Source: Eledone cirrhosa (taxonomy: Eukaryota). Taken from it: DNA of 64,000 nucleotides. A program made the position numbers and the translations under genes. The stretch lies in contig OZ024742.1 in the NCBI GenBank assembly GCA_964016885.1, positions 113,460,001-113,524,000 on the forward strand. Direction: 5' to 3'. Numbering within the stretch: position 1 is the first letter of the stretch; each line of letters opens with the position of its first letter. The notes beneath the pieces are model-generated. The model saw nothing but the letters and a program-made list of their open reading frames with translations. It had not been told where the DNA came from and searched no databases. Shown piece by piece: positions 21,836-34,350 of this stretch.

Positions 21836-23840
21836 TTAATTGTAAGTTGTGATGTTGCTGTTCCACTCATATTTTCTATTTAATTTTGGTTTTAATTCTT
21901 TTATGCTTACTGCCTCTGTAATGTGCCTAAACATTGCGTCTTTCTTGTGTGTGGATTCTATTTTTATTTCTATGCTCTCTAATTTACCCCTGTGTTCTAT
22001 CTTAGCATGTTGGTAGAGCACAGATGATTCTTTACTATCTTGGAGGTCTCGCCAGTGTTCATTTATTCGTTCCCCTATACTACGAGCTGTCTCACCTATG
22101 TACACTATATTTTTGTTTCTACATTGTCCTTCAGTACATCTTATGCTATATACTACATTTCTAGTTTTACAGTTAATATGGGGGCTTATTTTACAGGTTA
22201 TACATTTCTTATCTATACATGAGGGTCTTTGGAACGGGTATGTCTTGCTAATAAGTGTTTTTACGGAGGTACCAGGTCTTTCTACTATCTTAATATTGAG
22301 ATTATGTTTCTTTAGGGCCCTTCTAAATTTGTAGGCTAGTTCGCCTCTAGGGGTTGTATTGATGAACATTACACTCTGGTATTTATTGCTATCATACCAT
22401 GAGTTTATTCTATTGGCCTTGTTCTTAGTTCTTTCTATTCTATTCCAAAATTTGCTCCTATACAAGGGGCAGGTCCCATTTATGTCATTATTTACCATTT
22501 TTTCCCATTTGGTTCTGGCTCCTTTATACACTCTGATTCTATCTCTCTGATTGTAGCCAGAGAACTGCATACGGTGGATGAAGTGTTGTATGTGTCTCTC
22601 TAGTTCTTCGGGGTTGCACATGCGGGACACATTTCTCATCACCCGTATCAAATCCGCAATCAGTATGTTGATTTTGGTATGGTCCGAAATGGCCGAGTTT
22701 CGGTGGATCAGATGTTTGGAAGTCATGGGTTTGGCATAATGGGAATGGAGGATTTGTTTTTGGTTGTTAATAGTATCTAACCAGAGCTCTGTGTCTAGTA
22801 CAGGTAATCGATGGTTGGGGTGTCTACTTGGGTAGTCTATAGTAACTCTAATGCTCTGGTGGATGGAGTTTGATATTTGCTGGATGCTTTCCATTGTGTT
22901 TTTCTCTGGTTCCTGACTGTTCTTTAGTGGGGGTGTCTTAACTACGATGTTTATATCATCTACGTAGCGGGAGTACATTATCAGGGTTAAGCTGTCTTCT
23001 AATTGTTCTTTAAGTTTTTGTTTAAGTCTACTGTCCCACCATACCATGAACAAGTTAGCTATGTCGCCTGCAATGCTAACACCAATGGCTGCTCCTTCCT
23101 CTTGGGCATATGTTTTACCATTAAATTTGAACATATGTTCCTTAAGGGTTAATTTTATGCTGGCCCCTACCGCATGTGCAATCATTTTCTTCAGTTCATC
23201 GTGGTTTTCGGGTGTCCGTATGGCTCTGGTCCACCCGTTCCATCTATCTGTGTGGGTTTTCTTGGCCATTGAGGTAATGGTAGGTGGTCTGCCTCTTGCT
23301 GGTCTTGTAGGGCACAGGTTGCTAAGGTCATAAGTGTCTAGGCAACTATTACTATGGGTAAGCTTAAGTAGAAGTCCCAGCTCACTGGTATCAATCCCAC
23401 GGAACTCAACCTTGCTCTCGCTGATCATTTCGACGCATTTCTCCACAGCAAAATCCACGTCAATAGATGGATACAGGGACACAACATCCATACTGCCTAT
23501 TATGCAGTTTGTTAGGTCCCCAGATCGGTTACCCGCGCCGATTCTGCTGAGGAGGTCCTCCGTGCTGTCACACACATCTGGGGACATCTCAATGATGGGG
23601 CGTATGATCAGGGAGAGGAAGTAGGACAGTCTGTAGTTACTAGCAATGTTAGCCCCACAGACTGGCCGTGTTGGTGGTCCCGCGACAGGGTCCCAGCCCG
23701 TTTTATGGTCTTTTCGAAGCCCATACAACGCCGGCACGTCATTGTTCCAGGCCTGGAAGTTGTTGGCAGTCCTTTTGTTGGGCTGCATTATATTTGTCCA
23801 CATCACCATATGGGCATTGAGGGTTTTTTCTCTATCCTCA
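21836..23840 (-). CDS. PLE RT + GIY-YIG, 5'-truncated inverted copy
   Basis: 657-aa ORF differing from the plus-strand copy at about five residues. Confidence 0.9.
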
Positions 23841-23913
23841 GAAATCAGAAATCAGAGAAATAAGAGAAATAAGAGAAATAAGAGAAATAAGAGAAATCAG
23901 AGAAATAAGAGAA
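23840..23913 (+). repeat. 9-bp tandem repeat (AGAGAAATA/C)n at the inversion junction
   Basis: Directly visible; in frame with the PLE ORF it reads (IRE)n. Confidence 0.85.
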
Positions 23914-24012
23914 AGTAATAGGATTAAAAGGAGTAGGGAGACTAAGGACAAAGAGAATAACCAAGACGAACACACAGACACACAAAATAGGGTAGATAAC
24001 AACATTGAGCCA

Positions 24013-26520
24013 GTGGAAAGAGACAGGAGTAATTATGAGAGACATAGAAACAACCATGAAGCTGAGGCTGCTGCTGTTGGTGGAAATAGAAACAACACAA
24101 CTAACAATAGCACTAGTACACATAAAGCAGCAGCCTGGAACTCTCCGTTTTATAACCCCTCCGATAAATCATTCGACCTACGACGAGTCCACGCCACGAC
24201 TTTGCCATTTAACAAACGCACGCAGTTGCCGTCGCAGGTCGATGAACAAACAGAAGCACAATTTAGTATAGCTAAATCCGAACTTAGAAATATTATAGAA
24301 CAGTATAGCAAGAAGCATAATAGAATAGAGGCCCAGCAACTGGGAGAAGAATCTGCAAATGGCTTGCGTAAGCTCATGCAGCGCTCGCGTAATGGAGAGA
24401 TAGCATGCTTTCCAACAGACAAGTCTGGCAGAATGTCGGTTGACAGCCTGCCAAACTACATCCAGGCAATGCAACCCCACATCACTAACACAAGAGAGGT
24501 AACACCACAGGAGCATGAGGATAGAGAAAAAACCCTCAATGCCCATATGGTGATGTGGACAAATATAATGCAGCCCAACAAAAGGACTGCCAACAACTTC
24601 CAGGCCTGGAACAATGACGTGCCGGCGTTGTATGGGCTTCGAAAAGACCATAAAACGGGCTGGGACCCTGTCGCGGGACCACCAACACGGCCAGTCTGTG
24701 GGGCTAACATTGCTAGTAACTACAGACTGTCCTACTTCCTCTCCCTGATCATACGCCCCATCATTGAGATGTCCCCAGATGTGTGTGACAGCACGGAGGA
24801 CCTCCTCAGCAGAATCGGCGCGGGTAACCGATCTGGGGACCTAACAAACTGCATAATAGGCAGTATGGATGTTGTGTCCCTGTATCCATCTATTGACGTG
24901 GATTTTGCTGTGGAGAAATGCGTCGAAATGATCAGCGAGAGCAAGGTTGAGTTCCGTGGGATTGATACCAGTGAGCTGGGACTTCTACTTAAGCTTACCC
25001 ATAGTAATAGTTACCTAGACACTTATGACCTTAGCAACCTGTGCCCTACAAGACCAGCAAGAGGCAGACCACCTACCATTACCTCAATGGCCAAGAAAAC
25101 CCACACAGATAGATGGAACGGGTGGACCAGAGCCATACGGACACCCGAAAACCACGATGAACTGAAGAAAATGATTGCACATGCGGTAGGGGCCAGCATA
25201 AAATTAACCCTTAAGGAACATATGTTCAAATTTAATGGTAAAACATATGCCCAAGAGGAAGGAGCAGCCATTGGTGTTAGCATTGCAGGCGACATAGCTA
25301 ACTTGTTCATGGTATGGTGGGACAGTAGACTTAAACAAAAACTTAAAGAACAATTAGAAGACAGCTTAACCCTGATAATGTACTCCCGCTACGTAGATGA
25401 TATAAACATCGTAGTTAAGACACCCCCACTAAAGAACAGTCAGGAACCAGAGAAAAACACAATGGAAAGCATCCAGCAAATAGCAAACTACATCCACCAG
25501 AGCATTAGAGTTACTATGGACTACCCAAGTAGACACCCCAACCATCGATTACCTGTACTAGACACAGAGCTCTGGTTAGATACTATTAACAACCAAAAAC
25601 AAATCCTCCATTCCCATTATGCCAAACCCATGACTTCCAAACATCTGATCCACCGAAACTCGGCCATTTCGGACCATACCAAAATCAACATACTGATTGC
25701 GGATTTGATACGGGTGATGAGAAATGTGTCCCGCATGTGCAACCCCGAAGAACTAGAGAGACACATACAACACTTCATCCACCGTATGCAGTTCTCTGGC
25801 TACAATCAGAGAGATAGAATCAGAGTGTATAAAGGAGCCAGAACCAAATGGGAAAAAATGGTAAATAATGACATAAATGGGACCTGCCCCTTGTATAGGA
25901 GCAAATTTTGGAATAGAATAGAAAGAACTAAGAACAAGGCCAATAGAATAAACTCATGGTATGATAGCAATAAATACCAGAGTGTAATGTTCATCAATAC
26001 AACCCCTAGAGGCGAACTAGCCTACAAATTTAGAAGGGCCCTAAAGAAACATAATCTCAATATTAAGATAGTAGAAAGACCTGGTACCTCCGTAAAAACA
26101 CTTATTAGCAAGACATACCCGTTCCAAAGACCCTCATGTATAGATAAGAAATGTATAACCTGTAAAATAAGCCCCCATATTAACTGTAAAACTAGAAATG
26201 TAGTATATAGCATAAGATGTACTGAAGGACAATGTAGAAACAAAAATATAGTGTACATAGGTGAGACAGCTCGTAGTATAGGGGAACGAATAAATGAACA
26301 CTGGCGAGACCTCCAAGATAGTAAAGAATCATCTGTGCTCTACCAACATGCTAAGATAGAACACAGGGGTAAATTAGAGAGCATAGAAATAAAAATAGAA
26401 TCCACACACAAGAAAGACGCAATGTTTAGGCAAATTACAGAGGCAGTAAGCATAAAAGAATTAAAACCAAAATTAAATAGAAAATATGAGTGGAACAGCA
26501 ACATCACAACTTACAATTAA
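24013..26520 (+). CDS. Uninterrupted PLE polyprotein: DKG-like motif, RT, thumb, Zn-associated GIY-YIG endonuclease
   Basis: PTDKSG, LYGLRKDHK, TRPVCG, SMDVVSLYPSI, GAAIG, RYVDD, LPVLD, C-x4-CITC, VVYSIRC...YIGETARSIGERINEH, YQH, ITEA. Confidence 0.95.
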   Translation: MERDRSNYERHRNNHEAEAAAVGGNRNNTTNNSTSTHKAAAWNSPFYNPSDKSFDLRRVHATTLPFNKRTQLPSQVDEQTEAQFSIAKSELRNIIEQYSKKHNRIEAQQLGEESANGLRKLMQRSRNGEIACFPTDKSGRMSVDSLPNYIQAMQPHITNTREVTPQEHEDREKTLNAHMVMWTNIMQPNKRTANNFQAWNNDVPALYGLRKDHKTGWDPVAGPPTRPVCGANIASNYRLSYFLSLIIRPIIEMSPDVCDSTEDLLSRIGAGNRSGDLTNCIIGSMDVVSLYPSIDVDFAVEKCVEMISESKVEFRGIDTSELGLLLKLTHSNSYLDTYDLSNLCPTRPARGRPPTITSMAKKTHTDRWNGWTRAIRTPENHDELKKMIAHAVGASIKLTLKEHMFKFNGKTYAQEEGAAIGVSIAGDIANLFMVWWDSRLKQKLKEQLEDSLTLIMYSRYVDDINIVVKTPPLKNSQEPEKNTMESIQQIANYIHQSIRVTMDYPSRHPNHRLPVLDTELWLDTINNQKQILHSHYAKPMTSKHLIHRNSAISDHTKINILIADLIRVMRNVSRMCNPEELERHIQHFIHRMQFSGYNQRDRIRVYKGARTKWEKMVNNDINGTCPLYRSKFWNRIERTKNKANRINSWYDSNKYQSVMFINTTPRGELAYKFRRALKKHNLNIKIVERPGTSVKTLISKTYPFQRPSCIDKKCITCKISPHINCKTRNVVYSIRCTEGQCRNKNIVYIGETARSIGERINEHWRDLQDSKESSVLYQHAKIEHRGKLESIEIKIESTHKKDAMFRQITEAVSIKELKPKLNRKYEWNSNITTYN

Positions 26521-26817
26521 GGACAAAATGAAAACACACACACACATAGAACAAACAACTTACAATTGAAAACACACACAAAATGAAAACACACACAAGA
26601 CAAAATGAAAACACACACACACATAGAACAAACAACCAACCAACAATAAATAAATAAATAAACAAACAAATATAAATAGAAAAATAGAAAAATGAACACA
26701 AACACACACAGACACCCGGATGTGGCGCATGCGCAAACTGAGCACGCAACCCACACACAAACAAAATGGCGTAGGATAGAAGAAAGGAAAGGCACAGAAA
26801 CGAAGAAAGAAATCCCC

Positions 26818-26862
26818 AGTCACTGAAGAGGTCACATAGTGTGTGACGAAAGAACTATGACT
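26818..26862 (+). ncRNA. Minimal Type I hammerhead in PLE 3' UTR (right arm)
   Basis: agtca-CTGAAGA(26823-29)-g gtcaca tagtg tgtgac-GAAA(26848-51)-gaac-TA-tgact. Confidence 0.8.
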
Positions 26863-27013
26863 ATATATATATAAACAACTATCTGGTTGTGGAACCAACC
26901 AACCAACCAGAAATTTATAAATTTGTAAATTTATAAATATATATTAAATTAAATTGAAGTGAAAGCAACTGGTGCGTGTGTTTCTTATTGGCAACATGAC
27001 CCTCCCAAAGTAT

Positions 27014-27081
<68 letters not shown>

Positions 27082-27479
27082 CGAATAACGTATATATATA
27101 TATGTAATAATATATCAAATTTACCAGGAGATAAAATGTATAAATGTTCTGTAAGATAACATATTAATTTTAATAGAAAATTCAAATATTGAAACTTGGT
27201 AAAAAGATGTATATTCATTCGTCAATATTCCTCGATTGCTCCTGAAATATATTTCACCATATGGAGTGCATAGTTGAATATTCAACAAATGATCGTCAGT
27301 GAAGGATATTGAACTACCTGGATTTACAAGTGTGAGAGAGGATTATGTATGAAGTAATATAAAGGAAGAGAAATAAAAACTGAAGGACAGAACAAACGCG
27401 CATAATACGCAGATGTTATATTTCATTTTATATTGATTCTGGGCGTTTGATTAGCATATTCAATAGGGCATCGGATATA

Positions 27480-28470
27480 ATGAGTTAAAGCATTATTTCC
27501 ATTGAGCTGCACTCTAATTTGAACAAAAAAAAACATGATCAAGGTGGCATTTCATCTCTCCGTTCTAGATAAAACAGGGTAGCCCTCAATTATTGGAGTC
27601 CATATAATGGACTTTACCTTGTAATTAATTTCAAAATTTTTTTTTTTTTTCCAAATTTCTGTCAGGTGCGCAAATTGTTTTCCTAAAAAGCAGCAAGGAA
27701 ACATAGCTTGCGTTCTATAGTGTCAGTAATATATATGAATGGTGATGACCTAGAATAATTTCAAATTCGGGTTTGTGGACAATTGTAAAACTTCATTCAT
27801 TTGATGGGTTTACTACACAGGGGCACTATCTCATCCAGGTCTCCGCATCTGAAGTATTCGGCTTTGAACTTCCCAGAAAGCAATAGCTACCCCTTAATCG
27901 CATCCGCAAAACTCATGCTAGGACAGCGCCATCGATAGAACATAAATGTAATTGTGGGGTATCTGACCAGAGAATGCTTCCCCCTCAGACTTATCTCAGT
28001 GACCTGTACCTAATTCATAATGCTACAAAAATGGCTTGTTGAGGCCCATCGGTCCTGAACTGCCTCCCTAACTATTATGCATGTGTCAATCGACAAGACT
28101 CGGCCAGTCAGAAACAAGTCCTACGAGCGCAGAAAACAGATGTGCGAACTGTTTGAACTAATGGAGATGCATCCTCTGTGCATTGGACTCTCGTCGGTTT
28201 ATGTCGACCAAATTCTATAACGTGCGGCATAGATCCATCTATCGGAGGATCTATGGTGATAACTGGATCACCAACATCATTCAGACAGGAACCTCAGAAA
28301 GTCATCCTCGGCCGAAACGCCTAAATATGTTGAAGACATGATGTTTATTGCAGGACAAGCCTTCTCCACAATCTAATACTTTGATACCAGCCAAGGCATC
28401 TCTGCATATATTGGATATGGCCTTAAAGTCTCTATGAATATAACCTGGAATCTTTTCCTCAAAATTAATT
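27480..28470 (-). mobile_element. Possible highly decayed mariner-like transposon
   Basis: GC-richer island with weak peptide remnants (VFNIFRRFGRG; WEV). Confidence 0.3.
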
Positions 28471-30699
28471 AATTTTATTACATTAGTTTTCTTTACATTT
28501 CAGATGACACTACATTATACTGCAATGATCTTCATACTGCCATAACACTAATTGTGTGTGTTATTAAATAATTCATATAGGACTAACTTTAATATACCCC
28601 ACTTCTTTCTAAAACATTTACACTAATGATCTTATAACATCTACTAAATATAGAATCTCTGGTATAGTATTTCTCTTATTATGTAACTATATTATCTCTC
28701 CTTTTACTACAATGTATGTAAAATATCGAAACAATAACATACAATCCATATTTCAATGAGACATAACAACAAAATATATTTATAACTTTTACCGAAAATC
28801 CCTTAAATCTCACTGGAAGACGGTCGATGTTATTTCATGGCGAAGGATAAGCAAATGTTATTTATAGTTCTGCTATTTGCCTACGAACTACGTTTTCTAT
28901 TATGATATGGTAATATCATTCATATTATATGCCTTGACAATTTCATGTATCAAGAAGGATGCGACCATCATTGGGGATGAAAATGACTTAACTTTCTGCT
29001 ATAATTGATAAGTTTATTAATTCTGACAAACATTTTAAAGTAGAGTTGTTGCTGCTCTTATTGTTCAAATCATATATAATCTCTACACTGACAATCTACA
29101 ATGGCAATCTCTTATTTATACAGTGATTCGGATACATTAACATTCTTTTTCACAGGCTTTATCTTTGTATCACGGCTGAAGCAATATTTCTAATATACCT
29201 AGCAGATATTACAAACACCCGCTGAAATGTTTTTAGTCTCGATGAACGAATTATGGTTCAAGTACCCCTAAAATACATGCATTTCTATATCAACATAACT
29301 GTTTACGTATAGAAATGTGCAATATTTATAGGTTGATTGATAAATCCTGTCACAGCGTTGATATTGGTAATATTTGAGTACCAACTACTTCGACGTTACA
29401 GTCATTTTATGGACGTTAATCATACAACAGAAAGAAGTAGTTAATAGAACAGATACGAAACAGGCTTCAAATGTCTTTGCATGCCATACGTTTAACTTTC
29501 GAAAATTATTCGCATTTATATATCTTTTTCAAATCCACCTCAAAAAGCATTTGTCAAACCGTAGACTAATACAGTGTTACACAGTGATATAGATATGATG
29601 TAATGTGAGTAAGCAGAGGCAAGATGTTGTTAAGTATATTACAATGTATGAATTCATACATAGATTATATAATATTTCTATCATGTTAGATGTCTTTGAA
29701 AATATCAGAAGGAAAGATGCTTGCAATTGACCGATTTTTCATTCAATTGTGTTGTATATTACGTCGTACCAGAACAACCAGTTAGATATTTCGATATACA
29801 TATATTACATGCCACACCACTACTTCATTCTATACAATTTACTATGTAAATGATATAAATAAAAACGAAATATATGTCGAAATACATCCTACACACGAAG
29901 AATGTTTAAGATATATTCCTCTCAGAGATATAACAATTAATATGATGGCCACAGATATTATGGCTTTTATTGCAAACGTGTGGTTGTTAATATTGCTGGC
30001 CTGTGAGTTTCAATTAAATATTAACCACAAACATATTTCCACTGATTCAACCCGACATGTATTTGCAGTATTTCCACCAGCAAATTGTCTGTCCCACCGA
30101 TTTAACTAACACCAGAGTGTGAAGAGAAATATATGTCCAAAGTGGCGTGGAGTGGGATCGAACAAGAACAACGCTTTTGTGGGCCGAACGTTTTAAAAGC
30201 GCAGTCGAGGTATCATGCATTAAAAATAAACATAAATATATGGTTTACATTCAGATTGCAATAAAATGAATCATTTGATTCATATTATTGGTTGTGATGT
30301 CACCAAATGAAAATACAACTATCACTACATCGCTACAATAAGCAGTCCTTTTTACAAATAATTATATTAACCTTAGGCATATGTTTAAGTAGTCTCATAT
30401 TCATGTAAATAGTGCAGCTAATTAGGGCAAAAATATCTTCACAAAGCATATTGCCTTTGTTTTCTGGAATTAAATTATAGATTAAAAGCAATTATAGTGA
30501 TACAAAGTTACATAACAAAAATACCTCAACATTACAATACAATCATAGTCATCGTCATAAACGTATACATTATCTTCATCATTATAATCATGTTAAATAT
30601 GATCTTCATTGCGTACACCATTACGAAGATGGTTGTCCTGATAATATTCAACATCCATCTAATATATACAAAAAAAAAATACTAATAATTGTTTCTACT

Positions 30700-31436
30700 T
30701 TTACTAATAATGGTTACCGGTTTGGGCTACATGCCAAGAATTTGGGGGGAGAGATGAAAGTCGATTAAATAGCCCAAGCGCATTACTGGTGCTTTTATTT
30801 GATCAAACACATAGCATTAAAGGACAAAGCAAACCTTGGTGAGATTTGAAGTCAGAAAGTTAAGGGACGGAAATGTATGCCAATATTGCCAAGCAATCGC
30901 ACATAAATCACTATTACTAATGATGGTTTCTGATTTAGATAAAAGGCCAGGAATCGTGGCTGAGGTGAATATCGATAAGATCTAGCCTGCACGTTACTGC
31001 TTCTTTATTTCATCAACTCCAGAAGGATGACATTCTGAGATTTGAACTCAGAAGGTAAAATGAACTAAATATATGCCGATACTGCCAAACGACTGCCAAG
31101 AAAATAATAATATTAGCAATAATGATTTCTGATTTAGGCACCAGGTTAAAATTGTTCGGCGTGAAGGGGCAAATGGATTAAATCGACCCCCCACCCCCAC
31201 ACACACTTCGTTAGTGGTACTTTAATTCATCGACCCGGTAAATATTAAAGGGAAAGATAACCACGGCGGGATTTGAACTCAGAACGATGTTGCCAAACCA
31301 CCTAAGAAAATAGTATTATTAATAATAACTGTTTCTACGTTTGGCACAAGGCCAGCAATTATCCAGTACATTACTGGTACTTTATTTTATCGACCCCGTA
31401 AGGATGAAAGGCAAAGTTAACCTCGGCGGGATTGAA
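30700..31436 (-). mobile_element. Tandem run of four SINE copies
   Basis: Repeated GGCACAAGGCCAGCAATT...TACTGGTACTTTATTTTATCGACCCC...GGATTTGAACTCAGAA-like units separated by (TAA)-rich spacers. Confidence 0.85.
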
Positions 31437-31499
31437 TCAGTATTATTAATAATAATAAGAATATAAATGGTAGTATATTATGTATTATTATTGACAATT

Positions 31500-31880
31500 G
31501 GAGGGCGGTGAATTGGCAGTATCGGTAGAGGGTTGGACGCCATGCTTTCTAGCATAGTTACGTCCCTTTACAGTCTGAGTTCAAAACCCGCCGAGGTTAA
31601 CTTTGCCTTTCATCCTTACGGGGTCGATAAAATAAAGTACCAGTAATGTACTGAGTAATTGCTGGCCTTGTGCCTAAAGTAGAAACAATTATTGATAATT
31701 GGATTGGCCGTATCGGTAGAGGGCGGTGCCAAGCTTTCCAGCATAGTTACGTCCCTTTACGAACTGAGTTCAAATCCCGTCGAGGTTAACTTTGCCTTTC
31801 ATCCTTACGGGATCGATAAAATAAAGTACCAGTAATGCACTGGTTAATTGCTGGTCTTGTGCCAAATTTAGAAGCAATTC
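31500..31880 (+). mobile_element. Two well-conserved tandem SINE copies
   Basis: Full unit GGCGGTGAATTGGCAGTATCGGTAGAG...GAGTTCAAATCCCG...GCCTTTCATCCTTACGGGGTCGATAAAATAAAGTACCAG...GTAGAAACAATTATT. Confidence 0.9.
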
Positions 31881-32809
31881 TTGATATAAATGTTGCTAAA
31901 AGGTCGGTGAATGATGCAAGAATGGCCCGTGTTAATGGGCCTAAACCGTGCGCCTGTAGGGTGCCTGAATTGAGGAGTAGAGAGGTGCCCTCTGTGGGTG
32001 CTCTTGAAGTCTCGTGTGGTTAAGGATTAGTGAGGTTACTGTGTTGCCCCAGGGCGGTTCTGCCCCTATTGAGGAATATATATTGTTATAATTCTCTTTT
32101 TAATGTTAAATTGTTTATGGTGTTACGTGATATTAGTGTAGAACCTCATTGACACTTATTTTAAATTGTTCCCTATATGTCGGCACTTGTGGAAAATAAA
32201 TAAGTTAATATTAATATTACCGTATGTGTCGGCGTACGAGACGACATATGCAGCCTAGAAATATTTCTCCAAAAGCATAGGTCGACTTGTCCACCGAATA
32301 TAAAATGTGAATCTTTACCACTGAGGGGTATACAGCGAAACTGCCTGCCTAACCATAGTTGTGCACCGCTTACCATAACTCTAGCAGCCCACCACAATTG
32401 TTTCCTGTTGAATCTAATATTTGTTAACTCTATGTAACGTAGAGATTATAATATTTTAGTTTACATCTATTTAGTGTTTATTTCCATGTGTTATATTTTG
32501 TACAAATAGTGAATTGGAAGCGCATCCAGAGCTGGGGGAATGGTACTGCATACGTTTTTGGGAATCCTCTCATCCAGAAAATATATACTGAAGCCTGAAA
32601 CACACCTCAGAATTTCAGGGGTCGACCTATGAAGCGGATCGACTTGTACACCGTCATATACGTTAATTTTTATATTTTTATTATTGATACCTTCACAAAA
32701 TAATCACTATTTATATCACATCTCTATCATCGACATATTCGACATCATCATCATCATCATCGTCGTCATCATCATCATCATTATCATCATGGGAGTAATT
32801 CCATTGCAC

Positions 32810-33420
32810 AGATGGTTCTATAGAAATAGTGGACACCTTCCGTTATCTGGGTGACAAAATCAGCAGTGGTGGAGGGTTCTCTTAAAGTACAGTAGCTAGA
32901 ATCAGAGCGGGATGGAAAGAGTTCAGAGAGGTTATACCACTATTGGCCGCTAAAGGGTTCTCTCTGAAAATGAAAGGCAGGCTGTATGATGCCTGCATAC
33001 GAACAGCAATGTTACATGGCAGTGAGAGTTGGGCATTGTGTGCAGAGGATATACGCAGACTGGAGAGGAACGAAGTTTGCATGCTCCGTTGTATGTGTAA
33101 TAGTAATATACGTGAACGGCAAAGCATAAATGAACTAAGGGAGAAATTAGGAATAAGAGGAATCAGATGTTGTTTACTCGAGGGAAGACTACGTTGGTAT
33201 GGTGACGTGATGCGCATGAAATACGACAGCTGTATAAAAAAAGTGCAGGGCGATAAATATAGACGGTAGCCACGGAATAGACAGACTCAGAAAAATCTTG
33301 GATGACTTGATAAATTCCGACCTCACATAGTTACACCTCTTCAATACAATGTCACTGGACCGATATCTTTGGCGCTACACAGTAATACAGAAGACCCGCC
33401 TTGCCTAAGTACAAACGGAA
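32810..33420 (+). mobile_element. RTE LINE 3' fragment
   Basis: EIVDTFRYLGD..., KGRLYDACIRTAMLHGSESWAL, RLRWYGDVMR. Confidence 0.85.
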
Positions 33421-33554
33421 ACCTACAGTCAGTAGGCACCTCTAACAAAAATACCCCCCCCCCACACTACCACCCCATCCACACCACTCCTTTCGATGTA
33501 AAGTTATGTTGGTACCACAACATCCAGTCCGAAATAAATGAGGTCCACTCTGTA

Positions 33555-33732
33555 ATGTGGCCGTGTAGGTAACACGGTAACAAACCTCCCAGTCCACACT
33601 GTAAACGTGGTTGGTGTTAGGAAGGGCATCCATCCGTAGAAAATCCGCCAGACAGTCCTATACGACCAATCTTGCCTAGAGTGGGAAAATTCCCGTCCAA
33701 ACCCATGCAAGCGTTGAAGATGGACGTTAAAC

Positions 33733-33763
<31 letters not shown>

Positions 33764-33764
33764 T

Positions 33765-33797
<33 letters not shown>
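33555..33797 (+). mobile_element. RTE-associated SINE or 3' tail ending in (GAT)n
   Basis: GGTTGGTGTTAGGAAGGGCATCCATCCGTAGAAA motif, then AACCCATGCAAGCGTTGAAGATGGACGTTAAA and (GAT)n. Confidence 0.65.
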
Positions 33798-33798
<1 letters not shown>

Positions 33799-34255
33799 GT
33801 ATAAACATATAGATATAGAGAAATGTGTGTCAAAAAGTATTACTGAAATAAAACTATGCTACAGAAGAAGCGTTAAATGTATATGAGACAATAAAAAGAC
33901 AGAAGGAGAAATGTGGAACATAAATCATTCATATTTTCTACATATATTTAAAAGACTTGCTGAAGGGATCAGAATTTTTGAAACACTGACATAAAGAATT
34001 CCATATAATCAAAAAGCATTATAAAATCTCTGAGAAAATGTGTGCCATATATCAAATTATTTGATTCTTGTTTCGTTTATTTGTTCATATACATCTTTAA
34101 TCGTAATGAGTATTCGTACTAATAATTTTATTGTATTTTGTCTATCGATTTTGACATCAGAGTGTACGAATCCCATTTAATTAGCGACCACACTAACTAT
34201 CTCTCATTCCCTATCACTTTATATCTATCTGGCAATTTTTCTCTCTTTATTCTCG

Positions 34256-34350
<95 letters not shown>

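Larger units (their letters stand above)
21335..27021. mobile_element. Young Penelope-like element as a giant inverted duplication
   Basis: Arms 21335-23840 and 24516-27021 (2506 bp each) are almost identical reverse complements; 675-bp spacer; (TA)n nearby on both sides. Confidence 0.95.

Noticed and set aside
21836-26520. Antisense ORFs and possible selenocysteine recoding in the PLE
   Set aside because: Antisense ORFs are shadows of the real frame; there is no in-frame TGA and the ORF ends in TAA.
30700-31880. CRISPR-like or tRNA-gene interpretation of the regular repeats
   Set aside because: Units are ~180-bp SINEs with only tRNA-like promoter boxes; eukaryotic context and no cas genes.
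31880-32700. Possible decayed PLE C-terminus (PCACR, CPL) and CTGAAG-cctgaaa/tttcagg stem
   Set aside because: Too degenerate; no complete GIY-YIG motif or HHR core.
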